NCBI GenBank assembly: GCA_009859145.1
Contig: VRVR01000039.1
Location: forward strand, 190,284 to 254,283
Reading direction: 5' to 3'
Length of the DNA stretch: 64,000 bases
Origin: Andalucia godoyi And28
Lineage: Eukaryota; Protista; Jakobida
Each line of letters starts with the position of its first letter. Within the stretch, counting starts at the first letter, position 1. Shown one piece after another: positions 31,655 to 41,807 of the stretch. Under the pieces are notes generated by a model. The model ran no database searches. It was not told the DNA's origin and saw only the letters and a program-made list of their open reading frames with translations. Made by a program: the position numbers and the translations under genes.

Positions 31655-34600
31655 TCAACTTCGATATCCATCCGAGTAGTCTTGAACCACGTGCATGAAT
31701 CGAAGTCGCAGCTCTTCGTTGTAGGTTGCCAAATAATAGATTCGATTCCCATTCTTGAGGGAGAACGGGAATCTCGGCACATCAGGTTCGTCGATGTCCT
31801 TGGGAGACATGTAGACATAGCAGCCTGGTTCGAGGATCACGGTGTTTCGAGGCGTAAACACACCTCCGCTGGTTTCTCGGAAGTTCAGGATTCTGTTGTT
31901 GGAAAGATCAAATTCGAATATCCTTTCCTGCCATGATTTCCCTGTCATTCCCCCGCGTTTCCACACGGGCACTCTCGTGACAGTTGGACCTTCGAGCAAG
32001 CTGACCGACGACGGCCAGACCGCAGGCCCAATGTCTGCTTTAGAAGCGCTGCTGGATTGCGCAAACGGAGCCACAATGCGCTTCAAAATGGCACTGCACA
32101 GAGTTTCGAAACCCCACTCTGACGAAATGCAGTGAATTTCAGAGACATACTGGCACTGGCTTCTCACCGCAAGATCCTTCAAAGTCGCGTAGTTCGCGAC
32201 GGCGTATTCGGACTGACAAGACAGCAGCATTCGAGGGCAGCAAAAGTCTCTGAAGGACGCCAAGCCTTCCGCCATCGCTACTTCCACAAACGACTGGACG
32301 TCCGCAATGTTCCCCATTCCTTGCATGAGCATAATGGCCAACAAGGGTTCGCAGTTTCGAGGGAGGTCCTTGGCAAGAACAAATCTGAACTGCTTCGCAC
32401 AAGAGTTCTTGTACGGCGACGACTCCATCGCGTCATGAACGAATGCTGATGCAAATGCAGAATCCATGCACGACACCAGCACATACTGGATATCCGATTT
32501 CGCCGGCGGTCGGACACTGCCGCCCCGCAACGGAATCAAGCTGGATCGCAGTGCGTTGATATTGACAAGAAGTCGGGAACTGCAGACTAGAAACGACGCG
32601 GCCGTCGCTTCTGACATTTGTCGAGCAACTTTCCACGAGGGAGAAGAAAAGGGGACCTGCTCACAGCGACTAAATACGAGGCACGAGGACTTGCCAAAGC
32701 GGCTTGTTGCCTTGAAATCGGACACAACCCGATTGAAATCTTCGCTCAGTATATTCTCCAAGTCGACTACGTACAGGACAACGTCAAACGTCTTTGGACA
32801 GAAGTCGGCAGTGTTGTCCAAACTGTAGCAGGAAAAGAAGCACAGATGATTCTGATACAGCAGACTCGACGCTGCAAATTTTTCGTTTGCCGTGGATGAC
32901 CGACCGGTCAGTGCTTGCACAACCGCTTCCTTTTCCGAGTCTGCACTGCCAAATACTCCAAAAGACTTCATCGTGGAGTCTGTTTGGACTAGCCGGGCAT
33001 TTGGCAGAACCTTGCCCATCCGAGCCCCATTTTGACACAACACCAAACCGGGATCCTCGTCCTGTCTCGAATATCTGCAGAGAAGAAACGACACGTTTCC
33101 GGAAAAAGAACGAAAGAACGGCGCAGATGCATTCGCATAGTCATATTGAAACGAAACTCGTTCTATTCGAGCACGGTGATCACCAGGCAACGAAAACGAA
33201 AAGAAGCCTCCCGTATTCGATGTGCGGAAGGTGGCATCTTGGGAAAACAAGTCTGATCCGCAGATCCGCAGAGACTTTTTGATTTCGATCACCTCGTTCA
33301 GATCGTAGACACCGGTAGAGAACAGCAGCACGTCGCCGTCGCCAAATGCGCCAAACCATTCTTGCTGATTTTCGCGTGGGAAGCTTGCCGGATCGACCCG
33401 GATGCACCGGCCTCCAAGTTCGTACCCGGGGACACACGGAAGGCCGTGCTTGAACCCAGTACTTTGGGATGCAAGCAGTTGCCACACCGGGATGGGTTTC
33501 TGGGTAGAAAACTTCAAGACACCAAAATGGGTCTGGATCTCGCAACCTTTCACGAATGCCAAAAGAAAATGTAAATTGTAGAAGCACTCACCCAGATCGG
33601 AGCTTGCATCCAGAAAATCAGAAGCCGACCTCTCGAATACGTCTTCGGCCTGCAGCAACACAGGCAACTTTCTGAACAGACCACCGAGACTTTCCCAAGA
33701 CACTTGCAACAACGACTTGGCCGACGTCGAGCTTTCGGACAGAACATCGCAGACTGCACGAAGCAACGTTACCGATGCACAACGGTGGATCATAGAATCG
33801 GAAATGACATCGAACAGAGGAACGGATGGCGTTTGCAGAAACGCAACATCCAACAGCAGATCACCAGAATCCGTAAATTGGACGCGTACCTGAAACTGGC
33901 GGTCTCCAAACAAGTAGAAGCACAGCGTTTCTACAAGGCACTGCAGCGTTTCCAGACCATAGTCCAAACTCAGAGCTGGAGACGGATTTGCAAACGTGGT
34001 GCACACGCGAAACAAGTTGCCATCCAGTGCACACATGACCTTTGGTCCGGTTGCAATCGTGACGGATGCCGCAGTGTTCGGAGCACTCGGGTTCCACACC
34101 GACTCGAGCGACATGAAGCATTGCGGAACATCATGTTTGGTCGACGCTAGGACGGGCACATCCGCGAGAGGCGCGGGTGCCGTTGACTCATGATCCTTTT
34201 CCGAGACGTTCCGCACCGATTCATCGACGGTTGCATGACCGTACACATGCATATCAGCAAGAGTGCTGTGCAGAGTATGTTTCTCGAGAGGTTGGCACGG
34301 CTGGAGGTTCGAGCCGAGTGGACTGGATTTCGCGGGCAAGGGACTCGTTGCACGGGATGCATTCTGCAGCTTGCTAAACACCATAGACAGCTGGGCAACG
34401 TCCAGCTCCGTGAGGGTATTCGGCGGTTCCACTGGCTGCATCTTCTCGTTGATAACGCTACTCCAAGTCGCAGCAATGGACGTCGGATCCACTACGTCAA
34501 ACACAGCATCCACATCAGTACTGTGAAAGATGGATCCGACGCAAAACACGGTACCACAGTTGCGCGTCTTCAGAACACACTCAGATTTTGTGGACTGAAT

Positions 34601-35590
34601 GAAAGCAATGGACTCGACGACAACCTGGCACTCTTCAATCGACAGCAGCGGCCGTTGCGCATCCCGAACTCGCAAAACGACATCTTCCGTTCTCAATCCG
34701 CATCCTCTCAAAATCAGATCCTTTTGCTGGATGGAGATGTTCACCTCGTACGTGCCTGGATTCAGCAAGATCACATCTCCAGCACACGATATCTGCAGAG
34801 CCTTGTCGAGCTCATCTGCACTACTCACATGAATTGGTGCGGCCGTTTCCACGCTCCACACGTCGGGGAAAAAGATGGAGCGAAGCGAAGCATTTTCCTG
34901 GATGGTAGTGCTTCGAAAGCACACAAACGACGACGCAATCTCAAAGCTCTCAAGTGCAGGAAGCAAGCGCATAAAGTCCCAAACGGCGCTAGATGAGAGA
35001 GCGCCGCCTTGCTGCTTCCATGCGTTTCTCGGAAGGTTCCACTGCATGCCCAAGAACCGGAGTGCATAGCCAGACTGGACCATGTCTCGGAATGCCTCAT
35101 GCAGCACACGGATCGCAAACACACGCGCATCGCCGCTCTCCGCTCCGTCTTCCACAGCAATCAGATGTCTCTTCATCGCGTACAGCGTCTCTACAGACGG
35201 CCCGCGTCCCGACACAATCAAGTCTGTGGCACTCGACACAATACCCTTGTGATGGAGCGTCACTTCCACTGCACACGTTCTGCAGCACGCCGAGAACGAG
35301 CACTGCGGTTCCGTAAACACCGCGTCTTGCGAAGACACGACATTACGCTGGAACAAGTGTCTGCACATCATCTTCATCACGCTCGATAGTTTGTGCTCAT
35401 AATCCCGCAGAACGTCCGCAGCAGGACGAGATGATCCACCCGTCAGCTGGAAAAGCGTATGAAACGTAATTCGAAGCTTCAGCTCCCCATTTGCCACTCT
35501 CAGTTCCGAGTTCTGCGGCCGTCGGTATATTCGACAGTCAAAGTCAAACGGATCGCTCTTTGACTTTCCCAAGAACTCACAAACCAGCAT
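31655..35590 (-). CDS. Large multidomain protein: two parallel beta-helix-like regions, degenerate small-GTPase-like folds, C-terminal PH domain
   Basis: [13 protein letters not shown] and [13 protein letters not shown] are typical beta-helix starts. [16 protein letters not shown]...[10 protein letters not shown] is Ras-fold-like with a degenerate P-loop. [16 protein letters not shown]...[16 protein letters not shown] is PH-like. Confidence 0.7.
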   Translation of the reverse strand: MLVCEFLGKSKSDPFDFDCRIYRRPQNSELRVANGELKLRITFHTLFQLTGGSSRPAADVLRDYEHKLSSVMKMMCRHLFQRNVVSSQDAVFTEPQCSFSACCRTCAVEVTLHHKGIVSSATDLIVSGRGPSVETLYAMKRHLIAVEDGAESGDARVFAIRVLHEAFRDMVQSGYALRFLGMQWNLPRNAWKQQGGALSSSAVWDFMRLLPALESFEIASSFVCFRSTTIQENASLRSIFFPDVWSVETAAPIHVSSADELDKALQISCAGDVILLNPGTYEVNISIQQKDLILRGCGLRTEDVVLRVRDAQRPLLSIEECQVVVESIAFIQSTKSECVLKTRNCGTVFCVGSIFHSTDVDAVFDVVDPTSIAATWSSVINEKMQPVEPPNTLTELDVAQLSMVFSKLQNASRATSPLPAKSSPLGSNLQPCQPLEKHTLHSTLADMHVYGHATVDESVRNVSEKDHESTAPAPLADVPVLASTKHDVPQCFMSLESVWNPSAPNTAASVTIATGPKVMCALDGNLFRVCTTFANPSPALSLDYGLETLQCLVETLCFYLFGDRQFQVRVQFTDSGDLLLDVAFLQTPSVPLFDVISDSMIHRCASVTLLRAVCDVLSESSTSAKSLLQVSWESLGGLFRKLPVLLQAEDVFERSASDFLDASSDLGECFYNLHFLLAFVKGCEIQTHFGVLKFSTQKPIPVWQLLASQSTGFKHGLPCVPGYELGGRCIRVDPASFPRENQQEWFGAFGDGDVLLFSTGVYDLNEVIEIKKSLRICGSDLFSQDATFRTSNTGGFFSFSLPGDHRARIERVSFQYDYANASAPFFRSFSGNVSFLLCRYSRQDEDPGLVLCQNGARMGKVLPNARLVQTDSTMKSFGVFGSADSEKEAVVQALTGRSSTANEKFAASSLLYQNHLCFFSCYSLDNTADFCPKTFDVVLYVVDLENILSEDFNRVVSDFKATSRFGKSSCLVFSRCEQVPFSSPSWKVARQMSEATAASFLVCSSRLLVNINALRSSLIPLRGGSVRPPAKSDIQYVLVSCMDSAFASAFVHDAMESSPYKNSCAKQFRFVLAKDLPRNCEPLLAIMLMQGMGNIADVQSFVEVAMAEGLASFRDFCCPRMLLSCQSEYAVANYATLKDLAVRSQCQYVSEIHCISSEWGFETLCSAILKRIVAPFAQSSSASKADIGPAVWPSSVSLLEGPTVTRVPVWKRGGMTGKSWQERIFEFDLSNNRILNFRETSGGVFTPRNTVILEPGCYVYMSPKDIDEPDVPRFPFSLKNGNRIYYLATYNEELRLRFMHVVQDYSDGYRS

Positions 35591-35593
<3 letters not shown>

Positions 35594-35679
<86 letters not shown>

Positions 35680-35780
35680 TCGCACACTCGCACACTCGCA
35701 CACTCGCACACTCGCACACTCGCACACTCGCACACTCGCACACTCGCACACTCGCACACTCGCACACTCGCACACTCGCA
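35594..35780. repeat. Compound (CT)n(CA)n(CACACTCG)n tract
   Basis: Seen directly; about 13 octamer units follow the dinucleotide runs. Confidence 0.97.
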
Positions 35781-36179
35781 GATCTTGTATGCAGCAGTCG
35801 CTCTTGAAGAACGAAAGAAAAAATAGCGGGAGTTTAAAGTGAATAGTAATCAAATTAAAAGATATAACCAAGCACACAAATAAACAAAAACGAAAAGCAA
35901 CAGGGAAAAAAGAAAAAAGGGGTCGGGGCTGCGGGATTTTCAAATGCTTTCAACGGCGGAGGTTTTTTACGGTTTAGGACTCAAAGGCGAGCAAAACCCC
36001 CGACTTTATCCTTCTTCTGAAACACACGCTGAGACTCGAGTTTTAAGATGAGGCTGCGATCGTTAATGAAACGGATTGTGCTTCGTTATCGGATTCGGTT
36101 CTTTTTGTTGAGGGATTGGCGTTTGAGAGTTGACGGGTTCTTCGTTGATTAAGAGATTTGTGGGGGGAAAGACGAGGAG

Positions 36180-37208
36180 ATGGACGACGAGGAGAATCAG
36201 ATATGGCAAGACCGGGAAATCCGATTTGATATCTCACCTTCGTATCTAAAGCTTCGTCGAGGCGAATTTGACATTGATGCGCTTGACTCGATTGAGGATA
36301 CAAAGGGAAACAATGGAGAGAAGGGGAGCTTGTACGTGACGAATCTGCGAATGATGTGGACTAGCAGTCGTAATCCACGGATCAATCTGAGCATTGGGTA
36401 CAATGCAGTTGTGAACATCACGATCCACGGTGTGCAGTCGCGGCTGCGAGGCCATACACAGGCACTGTACGTGTTGACGAAGTTCAACGGGTCTCGGTTT
36501 GAGTTTATTTTTACAAATCTTGTGAAGAATTCGCCCCGGCTGTTCACGACGGTCCAAGCAGTTTTCAAGAGCTATGAGTCCACACGTCTGTACCGGGATC
36601 TCAAGCTCCGGGGAGCGATTATCCGCGACAAGGAGCTTATTCTGCTTCCTGACGAGCAGATCTATAGTCGTGTCAATGGTGTTTGGAACCTCAGCTCCGA
36701 GCAAGGGAACCTTGGTTCGTTCTACATCACCAATGTACGAATCGTGTGGTTTGCGAACCTTGCCGAGAACTTCAATGTCTCGATTCCGTATCCGCAGATC
36801 AAGGCGATTGGGGTGCGCGAATCAAAGTTCGGGCAGGCACTGGTGATTGAGACTCTGGCTGCTTCGGGCGGCTACGTCCTTGGCTTTCGAGTGGACCAGC
36901 CAGACAGGCTCAACCAGGTTTTCAAGGAAATGGCGTCGCTGCACAAGCTTTTTTCGCAGAATCCAGTGTTTGGAGTAAAGGCTTCGTTTGAAGACAGGCC
37001 TGCGGCACTCGAGGCTGTCACCGTTAAGCGAATCACAGACGACGTGCAGATCGTCGACGAAGGCGCAGAGTCCGATGCGTTTGCGGCATACTTTGCAGAG
37101 GGCTCAAAGGCATCGGATCGACCGGTTGTCTATTCCACCGAGCTTGGTCTCGCGGTGGAGAAGCCCCGTGATGGCTGGACAATTGATAAGCTGTGGTCTG
37201 TCCTATGA
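36180..37208 (+). CDS. BBS5: Bardet-Biedl syndrome 5 protein (BBSome)
   Basis: WQDREIRFDI, IEDTKGNNGEKG, NLSIGYN, GVWNLSSEQGNLG, ESKFGQALVIET...GGYVLGFRVD, ELGLAVEK. Confidence 0.98.
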   Translation: MDDEENQIWQDREIRFDISPSYLKLRRGEFDIDALDSIEDTKGNNGEKGSLYVTNLRMMWTSSRNPRINLSIGYNAVVNITIHGVQSRLRGHTQALYVLTKFNGSRFEFIFTNLVKNSPRLFTTVQAVFKSYESTRLYRDLKLRGAIIRDKELILLPDEQIYSRVNGVWNLSSEQGNLGSFYITNVRIVWFANLAENFNVSIPYPQIKAIGVRESKFGQALVIETLAASGGYVLGFRVDQPDRLNQVFKEMASLHKLFSQNPVFGVKASFEDRPAALEAVTVKRITDDVQIVDEGAESDAFAAYFAEGSKASDRPVVYSTELGLAVEKPRDGWTIDKLWSVL

Positions 37209-37464
37209 TTCTGTTTTTTAAATTTTTATTGTGCTATTGCGCAGGTGCACGTGCGTGAATGCGTGATTCTCATTTCCTTTCTTAAATACCTAATCTCATT
37301 CTTACAGTGGTATATAGAAATATTAAAAATGCCGTTTTCACAGTCAAGCGTGATCGAAAGAGAGAAGACGGATGGAGAGCTCGATGAGAGGGGGAAAAAA
37401 CCAACCCATCGAGGGAAAGAAGCTGCACAAAGTTTTTGGAAGCAAACACGGGGGGAAAAAAGCG

Positions 37465-38988
37465 CTAGTCAAGCTTTGAGTCCAGTCCGAGGATTTCACG
37501 AGCTTGCGACACACGCACGGGCCGATTGAAGAATCGCTTCCACACCAGCAAGGCCAGCGATACGACACAGAACGACACACAGGTCGCCACGACGACGACA
37601 ATGGCATTGACCAAGACACCGAATCCCCAGCTTGAATACGCGCTGTCTACACAGGCTCTGGCGATGGGGCCGCACAAGATGGAGACTGCATACGACACCC
37701 CAAGCGCCGAGACGGCATGTGTGACGTCATCCACGTGCCATCTCTCCTCGATCGCGATTCGGAGTTCGGTGAGCACCGGTGCGTACAGCGCAGAAGCGAC
37801 CAGCATTGCGTACGGTGGAAACCCAAATGCAGTGCAGCTCGCGAAGGCCGGGCCAGCAAGGAGAGCAGACAACAGAAACGAGTCGATGACTGGTTTACTG
37901 TCGTGCCGAAGACGCAGCAGCGTAGTGTAAAAATATGTGGTCAGCGTAAGTGCGGCCATCGCAAGCAAGCTGTTCAGCAGGATCGAGTACGGGACTCCGT
38001 GCTTTGTGGAAGTGAGTGATGAGTCGGACGTGCTGGAGCTCGACGACGGGGGGAATGCTAAGAGCGGCATGCACGATGCCGACAAGAGCGACAGCAGAAG
38101 AAGAAGTATGCCAAACGAAGACGTGGAAAAGGACGATCCCGGAATAAGACCCACTTTCCCAGCACGCGCCGTTTGCTGCTCGCTCTGTTCCGAAAGCTCG
38201 GACTCTTCGGAGTGCTCCGAGTGGTCCGAATTGTCGGGTCGCCGTCCTCGTCGCTGTATATCACTGTCCCTTTGGGTGTCATTGTCATTGTCGTTGTTGT
38301 TGTCGTTGTCACCGATGTGGTGCTCCTGTTCGGAGCGGACGAGGGCTGCCGAGTCCGACGACCGAGTGTGATGGGATCGAAGGACCTTTGCATAGCGGCC
38401 CATGCGAGGGCCGACTTTCGCCGCCGTGGTTCCGGCAAGGCAGAGCGCAGCAGTCATGAACGCTAGCGCCACAAACTGTAGATTTCCCGCCTCGACGTGG
38501 ATAATATTCTGGATTTGGAATCCGATGATGCGAACGACAGGTAGCACGACTCCCGCCAGCAAAAACGCGAGCACAGGATGCAAGAACGGATCCATGCGCT
38601 CGGCCACGACGCTTGATGTTACCAGAGCTGCACTTGAGACAATGATCGCTTCGAGAGAGAACACCGCAAACGACGCGTCGTCTGTCGCGTCACTCGTCAG
38701 CAAGAAGGCCGACGAGGTCGAGTCGCCCGTGAACACGCGGGGCGCAGCATACCCGTACAACAGATGGAAAACTCCCGCAATGGACGCCAGAAGCGCATTC
38801 TTGGCGAGTACAAACTGCGTATTCTTATCGCGGACACAGCCGATCTCCCACAGACTCACCCCGACAAGCGACAGGGTAGTCAGCGTCAGCGAGAGAATGA
38901 CGCGTGTTGTTTCCAGCGACGCCGACAGAGATGTGTATACAGTCGCGAGCTCATCGGCCCCGATCAAGGTTGCATTGTACGCGGACAT
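37465..38988 (-). CDS. Divergent ammonium transporter (Amt/Mep/Rh family)
   Basis: About 11 hydrophobic helices. Amt-like motifs GLSLWEIGCVRDKNTQFVLAKN (cf. EAGxVRxKN), SSVVAERM, VGPRMGRY, IDSFLLSALLAG, VDD and VRVSQAREILGLD (cf. RVxxEEExxGLD). Confidence 0.8.
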   Translation of the reverse strand: MSAYNATLIGADELATVYTSLSASLETTRVILSLTLTTLSLVGVSLWEIGCVRDKNTQFVLAKNALLASIAGVFHLLYGYAAPRVFTGDSTSSAFLLTSDATDDASFAVFSLEAIIVSSAALVTSSVVAERMDPFLHPVLAFLLAGVVLPVVRIIGFQIQNIIHVEAGNLQFVALAFMTAALCLAGTTAAKVGPRMGRYAKVLRSHHTRSSDSAALVRSEQEHHIGDNDNNNDNDNDTQRDSDIQRRGRRPDNSDHSEHSEESELSEQSEQQTARAGKVGLIPGSSFSTSSFGILLLLLSLLSASCMPLLAFPPSSSSSTSDSSLTSTKHGVPYSILLNSLLAMAALTLTTYFYTTLLRLRHDSKPVIDSFLLSALLAGPAFASCTAFGFPPYAMLVASALYAPVLTELRIAIEERWHVDDVTHAVSALGVSYAVSILCGPIARACVDSAYSSWGFGVLVNAIVVVVATCVSFCVVSLALLVWKRFFNRPVRVSQAREILGLDSKLD

Positions 38989-39185
38989 GCATTACCTCTG
39001 GGTTTCGGGGGGAATGCACGGCGCTTTTTTAATTAATTTTTTTCCTTCCAAAAAAAGCACGCGATGACGGCCCTGATGTCGGACTGATCTAAAATTCACG
39101 AGGTTGAAGCCAACCCAAAAATGGAAGGCTGTTCACCAATCTGACATTCGGTAAAAAAGCAGAAACCAGGAACGGCGAACTGTAG

Positions 39186-39258
39186 TCGCCCATAGTTTAG
39201 GTGGCTATGACACATCCCTCTCAAGGATGAGACCCGGGTTCGAGTCCCGGTGGGCGAG
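39186..39258 (+). tRNA. tRNA-Glu (anticodon CTC), intronless
   Basis: Acceptor stem TCGCCCA/TGGGCGA, anticodon arm CATCC-CTCTCAA-GGATG, T arm CCGGG-TTCGAGT-CCCGG, and a T-rich Pol III-type terminator downstream. Confidence 0.93.
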
Positions 39259-39484
39259 TATACTCTCTTTTTTCTTTTTGCCCCTCTCTGTTTTTTTTCT
39301 TTTCCTTTTCCCGCGGCCCCGCCCCTGTTCTCCGGCGGGAAAAGAAACAGTCTGCGGCTTGGAGTATTACTCGAAGATCATGAGAACAGCGCTTTTGCTT
39401 GCACACCGAAGCGCAGCGTGGAATGTCGGCTGCGCCAAATCGACTTCGACCCGAGAGGAAAAACAGCCGCCTTACAGGGCTCTG

Positions 39485-39485
<1 letters not shown>

Positions 39486-39542
<57 letters not shown>

Positions 39543-39550
39543 TGTGTGTG
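39486..39550. repeat. (CT)n(GT)n microsatellite upstream of the ALS gene
   Basis: Seen directly in the sequence. Confidence 0.95.
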
Positions 39551-39645
39551 TACAGAGAACAGGAAGGGAAAAGGAAAGGAAAAAAAAAACAGGAAGAAGG
39601 AACACACGGAACGGAAGGGAAGAAGTACAGAGTATACAGAGAAGC

Positions 39646-41493
39646 ATGAAGGCTACAGAATGCTTTGTGCAGACGCTTGAGCGACTTGGAGTACAGCGGA
39701 TCTTTGGGGTGCCCGGAGAGGATGATCTTTTGCTGCTGGATGCGATCCGAGCGAGTTCGCAAATCGAGTATGTTGTCGCCCGGCATGAAAATGCGGCGGC
39801 GATCATGGCCTCGTGTGCAGGTCGGCTGACTGGACTGCCAGGGGTGGTGATGACGACTGCTGGGCCAGGTGCCACGAACGCACTCAATGCGTGTGGCCAG
39901 GCATTGCAGTGCGGATTTCCAATGGTGATCATCACTGCGCAGAAGCCCGAGCGCTCCGAAAAATACCAGCTTGCTCAGATTCTTGATCTGAACGCTCTTT
40001 TCCGACCGGTGTGCAAGGACTCGTTGGCATGCCATGATGGTGAGATGCTATGTCCAATGCTCATCCACGCGTTCCGACTCGCAGTTGCCCAGCGCCCAGG
40101 GCCTGTGCACATCGTCATTGCCGAAGACATCCAGGCGACAACCGCAGACGAATCGGCGATGGAAAATATGTGGGATCGACTCGAAGGACGGCTCTCGTCA
40201 GACACGGCAAATGCTGCGTGCTGTCCAAGCTCGCATCCGATGTTTCAGAAGGCCGTGGACACGATCGCACACGCCTCTCGTCCGCTGGTTGTCGTGGCGC
40301 AAGGAGCACACGAGGGCTGTTTGGATGCCGAGTATGGAGACATGCTTTCGGATGCTCTTGCATCGCTGGTTCGGTCGCTCGGTCTGTTCTTCATTTCGAC
40401 TCCTATGGGAAAGGGCTCGATTAATGAGAAGTCTCCGCGCTGGCTGGGGTCAAGTGTGTATGAAACCGGCGATGTCATGCATCTCGCACTCCAGCAAGCC
40501 GACGTCATTATTGTCATTGGGCTCTCGCCTTATGAAAGGCCGCTGTTTCGGACAGACACGGCCGTCCTCGCTCACTTGAAGGTCGTCCACGTTACAGCGT
40601 GTGCGATGCCGATCATGTCGATGTTCTGTCCTCACGTCGAAATTGTGGGGAACTTGTCGTTGACGGTCGCAGCATTGACGCGAGACGTTTTGGCCAAAGT
40701 GAAACGACCCAACAATGCGGAGGCTGGATTGTTCCCCGAGCTGGCGACGTTCCACAAGTTCAAAGACGCTCTGGAGTCACCATTCCATGCGTTGGGAATT
40801 CATGATCGACTGTCAACTGCAGCATCCGTGTCGTTGTCCGAGCCAAGGCCCGGAGGCGCGGCACGCTTGCTTGGTGTTCAGGAGTTCACGCTTGCGGTTC
40901 ACGAGGTAGCTCCGTTGTTTGACCCGATTGTCATTCTGGATGAAGGCCAATACAAGTCCTGGATGGTTCGAAATTACGCGGCTACAGATGCGCGCTCGTT
41001 TCTTGTGGACCATGCTTATTCCACGATGGCATGGGGTCTCCCGGCCGCGATCTCCTGCTCGCTTTTGTACCCGCATCGAAAAATCATATTGGTCGTCGGC
41101 GACGGCGGCCTTCAAATGTCGCTGTCGGAAGTCGAGACTGCCGTTCGAACGAAATGCAATCTCAGCGTACTCCTCCTGAAGGATAATGAATTTGGCGAAA
41201 TCGCAACGAAGCAGACGGAGGTGTATCACGTCGAGCGTTTTGGGGTCCGTTTCGGAAATCCAGACTTTGCAAAACTTGTGGATGCGTTCGTGTATGTCGG
41301 AGCTCAAGTCCGGACCTTCCGGCTGCCGAGAAATGAAGCGAGTACGAGTGCGACCCTCAAAGAAGCCATACGCTCTTCCTGCGACCACGTCGGCTTTTCG
41401 CTCCTCGAGATCCCAATATCGTATGAAGAAGGCAACGCCGTTCTGTTCGGGAGCTCCATTCTTCATGATCTGAAGCTCAAACTCGCCATTTGA
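39646..41493 (+). CDS. Thiamine-diphosphate-dependent acetolactate synthase large subunit-like enzyme, prokaryotic type
   Basis: MKATECFVQTLERLGVQRIFGVPGED, RHENAAAIMA...GRLTG.PGV..TTAGPGATN, TPP motif GDGGLQMS...ETAVR...LLLKDNEFG, FGNPDFAK. Start ATG at 39646. Confidence 0.92.
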   Translation: MKATECFVQTLERLGVQRIFGVPGEDDLLLLDAIRASSQIEYVVARHENAAAIMASCAGRLTGLPGVVMTTAGPGATNALNACGQALQCGFPMVIITAQKPERSEKYQLAQILDLNALFRPVCKDSLACHDGEMLCPMLIHAFRLAVAQRPGPVHIVIAEDIQATTADESAMENMWDRLEGRLSSDTANAACCPSSHPMFQKAVDTIAHASRPLVVVAQGAHEGCLDAEYGDMLSDALASLVRSLGLFFISTPMGKGSINEKSPRWLGSSVYETGDVMHLALQQADVIIVIGLSPYERPLFRTDTAVLAHLKVVHVTACAMPIMSMFCPHVEIVGNLSLTVAALTRDVLAKVKRPNNAEAGLFPELATFHKFKDALESPFHALGIHDRLSTAASVSLSEPRPGGAARLLGVQEFTLAVHEVAPLFDPIVILDEGQYKSWMVRNYAATDARSFLVDHAYSTMAWGLPAAISCSLLYPHRKIILVVGDGGLQMSLSEVETAVRTKCNLSVLLLKDNEFGEIATKQTEVYHVERFGVRFGNPDFAKLVDAFVYVGAQVRTFRLPRNEASTSATLKEAIRSSCDHVGFSLLEIPISYEEGNAVLFGSSILHDLKLKLAI

Positions 41494-41807
41494 TCCCCGT
41501 CCGTCAAAATGTGCAGACGAACAGGGGACGCGCCCTGCCGAGAACGCCAAACAGTATGTATACATTAAAGCTGAGAAACAGCGCATGCCCAATGAGACAC
41601 TATCAAATTGTAAAGGTCACTTTACGCAGAAAAATCTGTCTGAGGCGCAGCAGGCGAGCCAAATTTTTGGGAGAGGTTTTGGGTTGGAGAGTAAAAAAAA
41701 AATTACTTACATTTCGATCAAAAAGAAAAAGAAAAAGAAAAAAAAAAGGAAAGAGGAGAGAGCGACACAAGCATGCCGACCAAGGCGCAGAGGAAAAAAC
41801 AGGACAC

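Noticed and set aside
35594-35780. (CACACTCG)n array as a possible CRISPR-like or telomeric repeat
   Set aside because: No spacers; a simple expansion derived from the adjoining CA microsatellite.
39250-39645. N-terminal extension of the ALS ORF as a targeting peptide
   Set aside because: It overlaps the tRNA 3' end and runs through microsatellite-derived LSLSLS/CVCVCV; homology starts at the ATG at 39646.
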